From positions 5,841,102 through 5,884,760 of the forward strand of contig NC_068998.1 of assembly GCF_001194135.2 (NCBI RefSeq): a stretch of DNA of 43,659 bases, written 5' to 3'. Position numbers and translations under genes: made by a program. Below the pieces are notes generated by a model. That model had not been told where the DNA came from, ran no database searches, and saw only the letters and a list, made by a program, of their open reading frames with translations. Below are positions 32,805 through 43,659 of the stretch, one piece after another. The stretch comes from Octopus bimaculoides. Its lineage: Eukaryota. Every line of letters begins with the position of its first letter. The stretch's first letter is position 1.

Positions 32805-35800
32805 GTATCAATGGCCGAGCCATGAAAAAAACCACATCTTGGAACAGTTTCCAGGGTCTGTTAAGAAATTCCATGCCAGAAAGCAATCACGTGGTCCAAA
32901 ACCATGCAGTTCCACCTACGTCACCATCTAATGCTGAAAACGCTGTTCTAAATATTCTTGAAGCTTTAGACATGGAATCTCCAGAGAAGTTACCAGTACG
33001 TTCTGGTCAGTATTTTGGTTCTAATTGTTTCTGATCGATCAGTGTCCCCACTCCTGTTGACCTTGTGCTTTTAGAAGACATCTGGACTTGCACCTCTTAT
33101 TGGTCATCCTCATTCTCTTGTAATGTTGTGCTCAATGTTGATGGTGAATAAAAATGTATTTCTAGGGCTGAGTATAGAAGTAATTAACAACACTTACGAA
33201 CAATTAACAGAAGCTTTATTCACTGCACATGGGTGTTTTCTGTGTTGGTCTTTTGACAAAATCTAACAGCAGTAAGTAATTATGCACAGTGAAAGACTGG
33301 GATTCTACAACAGTTTAACTGGTATAGCAATTATGGCTGGCCCATCACAACTGGAAAATAATTGCGCTACGTTCATGATGGAACCATTTAGTCGAACAAA
33401 TCGAAGCTTATTCTTTGTAAGCTTAGTACTTATTATTAGTACTTATTCTGTCGGTCTCTTTTGCCGAACCACTACGTTACGGGGACGCAAACATACCAGC
33501 ATCAGTTGTCAGGCAATGGAGGGGGGACAAACACAGACACAAAATCATATATATATATTTATATATATATATATATACAAGAATAAGGGCAGGGAATCGT
33601 CAATTAATAATAGAATTAATAATTAACAATTTTGCCAAGTAGTTCAGTATGAAAAAACCTTTATCGGTATATATATATATATATATATATATATCCCATG
33701 TTATATAATTTGATGTAACAGAAGCAGTCTCAGTTGGGTTGATATCAAAAAGGTTGAGATGAAAGTTGAGAATATAAAAACTAGATTTTCAACTTTTATT
33801 TTGTATTTTGAATTATCATTTCATTAAAAAGCTTTTGTTTATTTTTTTAATTTCCAAACTAATTAGGCAAACAAAAATCAAAATCATCTCTTCTGACTGA
33901 AACATCATCGAGTAATTCTTCGAAAGAGAAACAAACTTCAAAGAATTCTAAAAAGATTGAGAATCACACAGATGAAGGGAAGCTGAATTTGACAAAGAAT
34001 ACTGGTACTATCACAGACATGAACAATACAATTCAGGATCTGGAAATTCAATTTGATAAGGACGTTGAAAACCTATCAAAGGACATCACTGGATATTTAG
34101 AAGGTAGAGACATATTTTATTCTGAGGAAGTGTGATATGATTTTGAAAAACAATGTCTGGGACACATTATCTACATTTGACAGATATTTGTCCTCATCTT
34201 GTATGTTGTTAACACAACATTTCAACTGATATAACCTCCAGCTTTCATTAGGTGTCTCGGGGAAATTTCGAACCTGGGTTCTCATTCCTAAGGTATTTTT
34301 CGATATTATTATTATTATTATTTGAAATGGAAAAGCTAAAAGAGATGTAAAATGAACGAGCTATGTTCAAAATCTTTAATTAAATGTTATTTACTTGAAT
34401 AAATTTAATTTATAAATAAATTCCACTCCCTGCTTTTTTTTTTTAATATTTTTTTTACAATTTCTTTTCCCATAGAATATTCTGGGGGTAATAACAGAAC
34501 TGAAATGGAAAAAAACTCTTCTCTTTCAAAACCAATCTCTGAAAAATCCTTAGAAGAAAATAATGCGGAGAATTTGTCTTCAAGAAGAACTGGAATAAAT
34601 ATTAAAGCTGGAAGACAGGAACCAAGAGAAAATGGAATAATTGAGAATTCTTTGGTACATAAGAATGTTTTTTTTTTTCCTCTTTTAAGATTAAAAGGTG
34701 GCAGACTAGCAGAATCGTTTGCATACCAAGCAAAATGCTATGTGGCATTCTGCTCACCTTTACATTCAAAGTTCAAATGTCACCGAGATCGGCTTCACAG
34801 CCAAGGTTGACTTTATTAGATGTACAGTAATCCCTTGCCACATCACGGTTCACCTGTCGTGGTTCACCTGTCGTGGTTCACCTGTCGTGGTTCACCTGTC
34901 GTGGTTCACCTATCGTGGTTTATTATTTAAGCTTATGCCGATTCCTCCATGGTGTTGTTTTGCATTTATAATGAAATAAATAGATACAAATTATGAAAAT
35001 AATAAAATAAAAATATACAGTTCTATATTTATTAGATGAGGAATTATGTACATTATTTACATTTGACAGATATTTGTCCTCATCTTGTTTGTGTTAACAA
35101 CAAACAAGATGAGGACATAATGTAAAAAATATACAGTACAGTACTGTTTCTACTTCGTGGTGGTGGTAGTGGTGGGTTGTTTCTAAATCATGGGGAGTTT
35201 TGGAGCATAACACTTGCGATAGTCGAGGGATTACTGTATGGTAATGATATAATAAGATTACAGTAATCTCAGGCAATCATAACTGCCTCTACTGAAAAAA
35301 TCTTAAAATTTCTGGAATGCATCTCATCCGCATATAGACCCACACTGACTTTTATAGTTTGAAATGTTAAAGAGTTTTCTTGCTAAAAACAAAAATAAGC
35401 AAAAATGTAAAATCCCACCCAGAATTGATATTATGACATAAATTTTTCATTTCAGAGCCCTTCCAAAGGATTGAGCCGTAAAACAGGCGTATTGAACCAA
35501 TTGCCCAGATCTGGAAAGGAGGCAGTCAAACAGTTGGTGCCTGTGACCGAAAGTGAAGTCACAGCAGACAACGTCCCTGATGATGTTGTCATTTCTTCAA
35601 ACAACAGTTTGTAATAATTATAAGAATAATGATGATGATGATGACAATGATAATAATTATAATAAATTCAAATTACGACAAATGTAAACAAACAAACGAA
35701 GTTTGCTTTTAGAGGCGTTGAAATGTCTTAGAAAGTTAAAGAAGTGATTTTTAAAAAATTCTCTATCACTTTTCTTCTCGGGCACAAAGCCAGCCATCTT

Positions 35801-38800
35801 TTTGAGGGAAAGGGATTAATCAATAACATCAACCCCAAGTAGTGAAAGCCAACAGTGACATCAGCAGTATTTGAGGTCAGAACATAAAGGGCCAAGAGAA
35901 ATGCACTGACTCTACATTATTCATCTTTGTAGTTCATCCATTTCATAAAGATTTCTTTCCTGTATAATAATCTTAATACTTAACCCTTTAGCCTTTAAAC
36001 CTGCCATATCCTGCTCAAATACTTTACATGTTTTATATTCAAACTGGCTAGATCTGGTCCCTCACACCTACCCTTCAATGTCATTCTAAAAATAAACAAT
36101 CCTATTATAGAAATCTCAAAGCTACAAGATAATTTGTGGCTAATTCAAAATAATGTGAATAAATAAGCATTAAATTTGACAGTAATCTGAATGCTAAAGA
36201 GTTTAAATTAATTATTTTTATCTATGTATTTATTTAATCATTTATTTATTTATGTTTACAGTAATTTCGGAAGAAGAAAACCAAGAGTTAAGTGTGCCTC
36301 CATCAGATAGCAACCCTGCTGTAGGTGCCAATGGGAAATTGGAAAATTCTAAGAGAAAAACAAGCAAGGTGTCACTCATAAAGCCTGTAACAATAGTTGA
36401 GCAGCAACCCTCGAAATATGGCAAACCTAGGGGCCACATGCAATATTATGATCCTTTAGAAGCAGCAGAAAGAAGGCGGAAAAAGTTATTGGATAAAATG
36501 AACCAAAAGAGACAATTGCAGCTGGCAAAGAAAGAAACTCGAGGGCCACATTTTGAGGACTGTAAGTTTATTTTACGGGTTTATATTTCGTTTTTGTATT
36601 TGGTTTGCATGATTCTTTCTGTGAATTCATGTGTCTAGGGAGAATCATTACACCAATATTAATAACACACACACTGGTTTGGTTCAATTCCACTCCTTTA
36701 TTACTAGTCAGAGAGATGACTGACTGACTAATGATAAAGAAGTGGAATTGAACCAGTGTGTGTGTGTTCGTAATATTGGCAAAATGACCAGACATAACAA
36801 AGTTTATATTTCAGTTTTTGTTAACATCTTAATGGTTGTAGTTTAGCCCCAGCTCAGTCCTGATGTTGTAGCCATGATGATCCTGTCTTTTTGTACACTA
36901 GCTTAAAACCCACATTCCACATGGACTTTTGAGCTAGCTCCTGTAGAATGTATGTATGTATGTTGTCAAGTATAAAACTGTTACTACACTATCTATCTGT
37001 ATGTCTAGTTAGCTACACACAGACATACACACACACGATTATATATTGGGATGATTTTAAACCTCAAGAGAAACTAGTCTTTTAAGTGTTAATGTCAGAT
37101 TTTTAAATGAATATCGACTTACATGTATTCATATGTAAATATATACACACACACATCCATAGTTGGGGATGGATTATGGAGAGAGGTAAAATAAATTAAT
37201 GTTTCCAAAATATTCTTGTATTTCATAAAGTCTGACAGTTTGCCATTAAGATGCGATATATATTTTATCAGATCTTTAGTGAATTATAATCATTTGTCTG
37301 TTATCTGTGCTGAAAATGTTACCAGATACAGAAACGAATACAATGTGATATCAAATGTGTATTCTCTGAGTGGTTGGCGTTAGGAAGGGCATCCAGCTGT
37401 AGAAACTCTGCCAAATCAGACTGGAGCCTGGTGTTGCCATCCGGTTTCACCAGTCCTCAGTCAAATCGTCCAACCCATGCTAGCATGGAAAGCGGACGTT
37501 AAACGATGATGATGATGATGATGATGATTACCAATTTTATTGATTTCAATTAATCATTTCTAAATGATTTTTTTTTTGTTTGCTTTTATTTGTTTTTATA
37601 TTTGTTGTTGTTGTTGTTTTCTTTTTCATTGCCGTTGTTGTCTCTAATCCAAGATGGCTTTCTTGCCAAGTATTGTATCTTTAACAAGGAGAGCTGGGAT
37701 GTGTACAGAAGAATATTTGAAATGGTTCGTATTGCTTTCTCAATCACAATATCTTACATAAGCACAAGGCCATAATGATTATACTTCACCCCCGCCTCCT
37801 GTGTATTCAACTGTTGTTTAACTTACTGACCTTAGAAAAATAAGAAGCAAAGTTGACTCCAGTTAGATTTGAACTAAGAACTCAGAGGACCCAGTATGTT
37901 GTGACAGAGAAATGTGAAATGCTTTGTGATGTTCTGCAAATTCTTACGATTCTCATAATAATAATAAGTTTAATCTTTACTGCTATAAGTGGAGGTGCGT
38001 GGCTTAGTGGTTAGGGTGTCAGCATCATGATTGTAAGATTGTGGTTTCGGTTCCTGGACTGGGCGACGCGTTGTGTTCTTGAGCAAAACACTTCATTTCA
38101 CGTTGCTCCAGTCCACTCAGCTGGCAAAAATGAGTAACGCTGCGATGGACTGGCGTCCCGTCCAGCTGGAGAACACATACGCCATAGAAACCGGGAAACC
38201 GGGCCCATGAGCCTGGCTAGGCTTTAAAAGGGCGCATTTATTTATTATTTACTATAAGTAGAAAGCCTGAAATTTTGGGGTTGGGGTTTTGTTGATTACA
38301 GTGAGCCCCGGCATCAACTGGTATTTATTTCATTGATACTGAAAGAATGAAAATAATAATAATAATATAGAACAACTGAGGAAGGAATATTTCTGAAGAC
38401 TAAGATTGGTATTGTGTTCAAAATTGACTGGATGGAATAAAACCCAAGCAGTAAATACAAGGGCAATAGCACCACTTTGGTATAGAACCGGAATCATAAA
38501 CTGGCAGAAGAAAGAACTGATGAGCTTGGAAAGTATTGACAGTGTATGGAACTTTCTATTCCAAGAGTGATACTTATCTTTAAACAACACACCCATACTT
38601 TCTCTCATTAAAACCAATGATATTTAAATAAGCTATGAGTAAGTGACTCCTTTTCTGTTTGCTTTATAGGGAGATGCTGATAAAAAAGGTTGGTTGACAA
38701 CAGATGAAATGCTGTTGGGATTAAGGTCCATAAACAGTCAATTAACAGCCCCTAAAGAAGAATATCTATGTAGGGTAAGTAATTCTAAAGAAGTGTTCAA

Positions 38801-40570
38801 AATGGTTTAAAATTCAGGCTGTGTCTTTGTGAAGCACATCTGTAAGTTCCAGTAATCAAATGTATGTACATAGGAGTGGCTGTGTGGTAAGTAGCTTGCT
38901 TCCCAGCCACATGGTTCCGGGTTCAGTCCCACTGCAAGTGTCTTCTACTGTAGCCTCGGGCCGACCAAAGCCTTGTGACTGGATTTGGTAGACAGAAATT
39001 GAAAGAAACCCTTTGCGTGTATGTATGTATATATATATATATGAATGGATATGTTTTTGTTTCAATTATTGTTATCCTGTGTGCACCTCATTAAATTTTG
39101 TTATATATTCTCTTTCTTTGTAGATAATTGAAATGACAGGCTACAGCAGAGAGGATGGTGCAGACTTCCAATTGTTTGCCATCTTAGCTGCTTTATCAAA
39201 CCGTATAACATCTCTCGAGTAAGTAGACACACATATATATATTTGGAAGTATATGTGCACATACTTTTCTCACCACATATACGTTTCTTAAGAACGTAGT
39301 TCCATTTATCAACCTACAAAACTTCTTCCATCATCATCATATTACTATCAATCTTCCATGCTGGCATTTGTTGAACAGCTTGACAGGATCCGAAGATTCT
39401 AAAGATCGAGTTGTGCTGCAGTATTTGCTTACAGCATAAAAGGAGATAACTTTTTAAAAGGGACATAACTCAATGCATAACCATGATCATATAAAGCGAG
39501 CAAATATGTACCTAACTACTAAGGCTGAAATAATCGATTCGAACTCATAACAGCAATGCCCAAGCATGGTCGTGCACTGATGACCACTAAAAGAATAATT
39601 GAATATAGAATTCATTGTCTGTTGAGATTCAGATCTCTTTTACTTGGTTTCATAACAGAATTTTAAATAACATCACCTTAGTTGTTTCGATGTCTTATAA
39701 AAATGGTTCAATATTCTTTGATGGAGAAACGTCAGTACAAGGTATTCTCCAGAAATAACATTTAGAAAATCCTCAGTTATTGCTTTATTGACCTTTGACC
39801 AGCAAACTGAACATGGATCACCTGTAATTTACATAAATTCATGATGTGCTGGAACCATGTAGTGTTGAAATGATTATAACGGAGGAAATTGTGTCATACA
39901 ATTACCTTCGTTGTTGATCTTGCTGGACATAATTTAACTATTTCTAAAGGTTTATTTATTTATTTATTTAGTGATTGGATGAAAAACATTGTGGACCGTT
40001 TTGATTACCAGTTTCTAGATATGAAGACATTTAAGTGCAAGGTAAACTAAGGGATCATTTTATTATTGTTCCTACCATTGTTTTTAATGACACAAGTAGT
40101 AGACGTTCTAGCAAGCCATGATTAGAGGTTGGAAAGATGGTTGTCAGAGTAGAGGTAACAGTGTCAGTATGATGTGTCTTAACATGAGAATGTCAGAGCA
40201 GAAGTAAGATATTAGTATGACGGGTCTAAATGTTGTGTCACAGAATAGAAGTAGGATGTTAGTATGATATGTTGTGAATGTCATAGCTTACCACCTCAAT
40301 AAAAATAATGAAATATCTAATCATTTAATTTTTTTGCAGACATTATGGGAGTGTAATGTTGACCCAGACACACACAAGATCTCTCTCGACCAACTTTGTG
40401 TGGATTTAAAGGCAGGTGGAGTCAGTTTGTCTCATGAAGAGGAAGTCCGCTCAAAACTGCAACATCTGAATGCACTGGACCTTCTGGATTTTTTGACTTA
40501 TGTCCCTCTGTTTATAATGGTTCATAATTCTGTAGTGGACAACCCACTAGACTCCACATGGGGAAAGTGA
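32805..40570 (+). CDS. Uncharacterised EF-hand domain protein, 10 phase-consistent coding exons
   Basis: Exons 32805-33005, 33867-34103, 34476-34654, 35456-35606, 36262-36561, 37654-37724, 38670-38774, 39124-39218, 39972-40041, 40340-40570 all have AG/GT boundaries, and their phases chain (1-1,1-1,1-0,0-1,1-1,1-0,0-0,0-2,2-0,0-stop) into one open frame of 1640 nt. The C-terminal part has an EF-hand loop DADKKGWLTTDE flanked by helices (WDVYRRIFEM / MLLGLRSIN) and ends LDLLDFLTYVPLFIMVHNSVVDNPL. The first acceptor is an uncommon GAG. Confidence 0.85.
34823..35238. mobile_element. pogo/Tigger-like MITE, 412 bp, TA target duplication
   Basis: TA|CAGTAATCCCT (34825-34835) and AGGGATTACTG|TA (35226-35236) form perfect 11-bp TIRs. 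Confidence 0.7.
34847..34920. repeat. 14-bp minisatellite (GGTTCACCTGTCGT) x5
   Basis: Four perfect copies plus one with a single mismatch, inside the pogo-like MITE. Confidence 0.95.
35980..36206 (+). mobile_element. Second piggyBac-like MITE family
   Basis: TTAACCCTTTAGC ... GCTAAAGAGTTTAA termini. Partial copies at about 14230-14385 and 27520-27705. Confidence 0.7.
37370..37529 (+). mobile_element. Family B 3' tail, well preserved, ending in (GAT)n
   Basis: Nearly identical to the reverse complement of 2250-2400. Confidence 0.8.
37990..38250 (+). mobile_element. tRNA-derived SINE with V-SINE-like central core (family C)
   Basis: A box TGGCTTAGTGGTTAG, B-box-like GGTTTCGGTTCC, core CTTGAGCAAAACACTT...CTCCAGTCCACTCAGCTG and GCGATGGACTGGCGTCCCGTCCAG, then a (TTTA)n tail. 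CpG-rich. A relative with the same head and a different tail is on - at about 14400-14745. Confidence 0.7.
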
Positions 40571-41233
40571 TGGAATGACCAAATTGATAAAGATTTATTT
40601 AAAAGGTTGTGGTTTCTTCTATCAGGCTCTTCTAACATCAGATGATTTTTATTACTGGACATTTATAAATTTGACGATTTGTCTAACTGCAAACTACCAC
40701 TACATCTATCCTCACTTATCACAGAAGTACCATCATCATTTAACGTCCATTTACCATGCTGGCAAGATCAAGAACTGCACCGGGTTCCATAGTCTGTTTT
40801 GGCATGGTTAGTAAGGCTGGATGCCCTTCCTAACACCAACCCCTTTACAGCGTTGTGTCGGTGTTTTTTACATAGCGATAAACAAGTCATCTCCACACAC
40901 TTTGTAAATGGAACACGAGGGATTCATCGACATCAAACTCACAGGCATGCCTTAAATCACAAGAGGCTTAGGGTTAAATATTATAGCAAAATGAATAAAT
41001 AAAAGACAACCAGAAAATATGTAACAATGGTTTTTTTGTTTTTAAATTTATGATATCCAATTTGTGTGATGAAAAATAATGATTTCTTTTAATAATAATC
41101 ATAAAAATAATAATAATAAAAATGACAGCTTGATGATGGATCATTAAATAAACAATTACAAAAAAAAGTTATGCCCTCCCCCCTCCAAATGATGCTATTT
41201 CTATAAGTTCAGAGTTTTTAATATTTTCGGTTT

Positions 41234-41411
41234 TTAGTCCCAGAACTTGATGATGCCATCCCAGCCAGCTGTTGCAACTTTGGATGTCTCATGTGGGTGC
41301 CACAAAGTAGCCACACAAACATCATCATGAGCCTTGAACTGGCAGTAGAGCTTTGTCGTTTTCCAGTCCCAGATGTAAAGTTTGCCGTCAGCATCTCCAC
41401 ATATGATGTAG
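41234..41411 (-). CDS. CDC40: Pre-mRNA processing factor 17 (WD40), terminal coding exon; upstream exons lie outside the window
   Basis: Acceptor ttcctttctctcttcag|C then YIICGDADGKLYIWDWKTTKLYCQFKAHDDVCVATLWHPHETSKVATAGWDGIIKFWD*. This closely matches the CDC40/PRP17 C-terminus (GKL-IWDWKTTKLY--FKAHD-VC----WHPHETSKV-T-GWDG-IK-WD). Not in the supplied ORF track. Confidence 0.95.
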
Positions 41412-41454
41412 CTGAAGAGAGAAAGGAAGAAATAAATGAATCAGTTAATTAGCC

Positions 41455-41592
41455 GAGCAAATCGACCCTGGGACTTATTCTTTGTAAGCCTAGTACTTAT
41501 TCGATCAGTCTCTTTTGCCGAACCGTTAAATTACGGGGACATAAACACACTAGCATCAGTTGTCAAGCAATGTTGGGGGGGGGGGGGAACAA

Positions 41593-41623
<31 letters not shown>

Positions 41624-41794
41624 TATACATATATACGACGGGCTTCTTTCAGTTTCTGTCTACCAAATCCACTCAAAAGGCTTCAATTGGCCCAAGGCTA
41701 TAGCAGAAGACACTTGCCCAAGATGCCACGCAGTGGGACTGAACCCGGAACCATGTCGTTGGTAAGCAAGCTACTTATCACACAGCCACTCCTG
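41455..41794 (-). mobile_element. SINE family A in the last CDC40 intron
   Basis: Reverse complement matches family A head and body. Confidence 0.8.
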
Positions 41795-42058
41795 TTTTTA
41801 AATGTGTATAGAGTGTTTTGGAGATCCACACAAAAATCTTATTTGACTGGTTTATTGTTGTCTGACTTCTAACAAAAAGTGTTTTGTCACTTGGTTACGG
41901 ACAGGCAGATCACTCTACTGAAAATTCTTCACAGAGATAATGTATGCCCCCCCCCCCACACAGAGTAACCATTTACAAACACATGTCACCCCATCTGATA
42001 ATCATACATATACTGCATATACATACACACAAACAGTTATAAAAGAAAAAACAGAAGT

Positions 42059-42112
<54 letters not shown>

Positions 42113-43339
42113 GATAGATACAAATATTTATAAAAATACATACTCGTGTGTGTGTGTGTGTATGCATATATATATATATATATATATCTTGAATACCCCT
42201 ACACAAACACACACACATTTAGATTCACATACAGAACTGGTTAAGTAAACACCCACACATAAACAAAGACAAATACATAGTGTGTGTATACAGAAGGCTA
42301 GCATATACTCATAAACAGATCGAGTTACACACACGCAAAACATGTTATGTATGTACATATACATCATACAACTGCAATATATATATATATATAAATATAT
42401 GTATATATACCAGGCCTATCGAGTTATTTTATGTATTTAACTTCTGTTTGTAAGGTTGTGATGTTTTGTACTGGAGTGTAACCTAGAAAGTTTCAGTCAT
42501 AGATTGGTAGACGGGACAAGCAACAAGATGAGAGCTCGCAACATTACATATATGTGGTCCCCAAACCCCCAACAAAATACAGGGTTGTCAAGGCTGAAAA
42601 GCCCTTAATCACAAGTCTGCTTAATCGGGGTTGAACTGGTGATAAACTACAGCAAAATCACAATCACTCAAACAGTCAGAGATAGCAGCCTAAACGCCCT
42701 CAAATCCCCACCTGACACCTTAAGTAAAGAACAATAAATACATTGACAATGTAGCCCATGGTATACTTGAAAAGATGGGATAGTCATATCTGGAATGTTC
42801 TGGAATTTAAGTCTACTCAATTAAGGCTGATCTGGATTAGACAACAACATCAAGAATGATTATTATTATTATAATTAAAGAAATTATTCGTCATCATTAT
42901 CATTATCGTCATTTAATGTCCGTTGTCTATGCTGGCATGGGTTGGACAGTTTGATCAGGGCTGGCAAGGCTGGAGGGCTGCACCAGACTCCTTGCCACAC
43001 ACAATGAAAGAGAGAGGTAAACAGAGACTGACAATTAAGAAAACTGAATGATGTATTTCAAGTAAAACCTCATTCACCCAATATGTATCTCATGCCCCAA
43101 CCAACCCCTTCCACAAACTTCTCAGCCCCCAACTCACCCCTGCCTCTTCCCCGTGTTGTCCATCCCACCTGTTCCCCCACCATAACTGATGTCGTTGTCT
43201 CCAAAATAGAAATGGATTTATCAAATTTCTCTGCAATTTCAGTCTGGAACAAAGTTCTTTGTTCTCTGCACTATCACTGCCAACAACTTTGCTTATGTAA
43301 CCATGACAACATTAACGAAAAATAAACAACCCAGATAAG

Positions 43340-43659
43340 ATTATACACACACACACACAAACACATATACACATACATATAAATATAATGTACATACAAA
43401 AACACACAAATATATATATATGTATGTACACAGATACACACACATATACATATGTACATACATACACACACATACATATGTACATATATATACATACACA
43501 GACTCATATGTACATACATAAACACACACACCCAGATATATACATATGTACATATATATGTATATACATACATATGTACATATATATATATATACATACA
43601 TATGTACATATATATATATATACATACATATGTACATATATATATATATACATACATAT
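43340..43659. repeat. Compound (CA)/(TA)/(TACA)n microsatellite
   Basis: Directly visible. Similar tracts at 7455-7680, 31455-31627, 32380-32610 and 42040-42400. Confidence 0.95.

Noticed and set aside
43070-43325. ORFs near the window end as the penultimate CDC40 exon
   Set aside because: Neither frame resembles the expected GH-VAGYAC-V-FSPD segment, so that exon must be beyond the window.

Overview
AT-rich, microsatellite- and SINE-dense animal genomic scaffold with 10 N-gaps. The repeat families look like those of octopod cephalopods (inference from recognition, not a search). Five protein-coding loci are supported. (1) A myo-inositol oxygenase (MIOX) ORF on + from 5999, uninterrupted until it runs into a gap. 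(2) An intronless, insertion-expanded GEMIN6 on - (11962-12759). (3) A two-exon MED9 on - (16686-16625, 13711-13498; 91 aa) that ends only 738 bp upstream of GEMIN6. (4) An uncharacterised multi-exon EF-hand protein gene on + (10 phase-consistent exons 32805-40570, three more provisional exons from 30462, further exon-like ORFs at 24879 and 27085). (5) The last exon of CDC40/PRP17 on - (41234-41411), which the ORF track misses. The rest is tRNA-derived SINEs, RTE-type tails, TTAA- and TA-flanked MITEs, a DD37D (maT) transposase remnant, a decayed R4/Dong-like LINE fragment, a 47-bp tandem array and microsatellites. The most interesting leads are a possible bicistronic or shared-transcript MED9-GEMIN6 unit, a pri-miRNA-like 76-nt hairpin at 20571-20646, an in-frame TAA-ATG junction upstream of the EF-hand gene, and several small inverted-repeat elements. 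All gene models are manual reads without RNA data or database searches.
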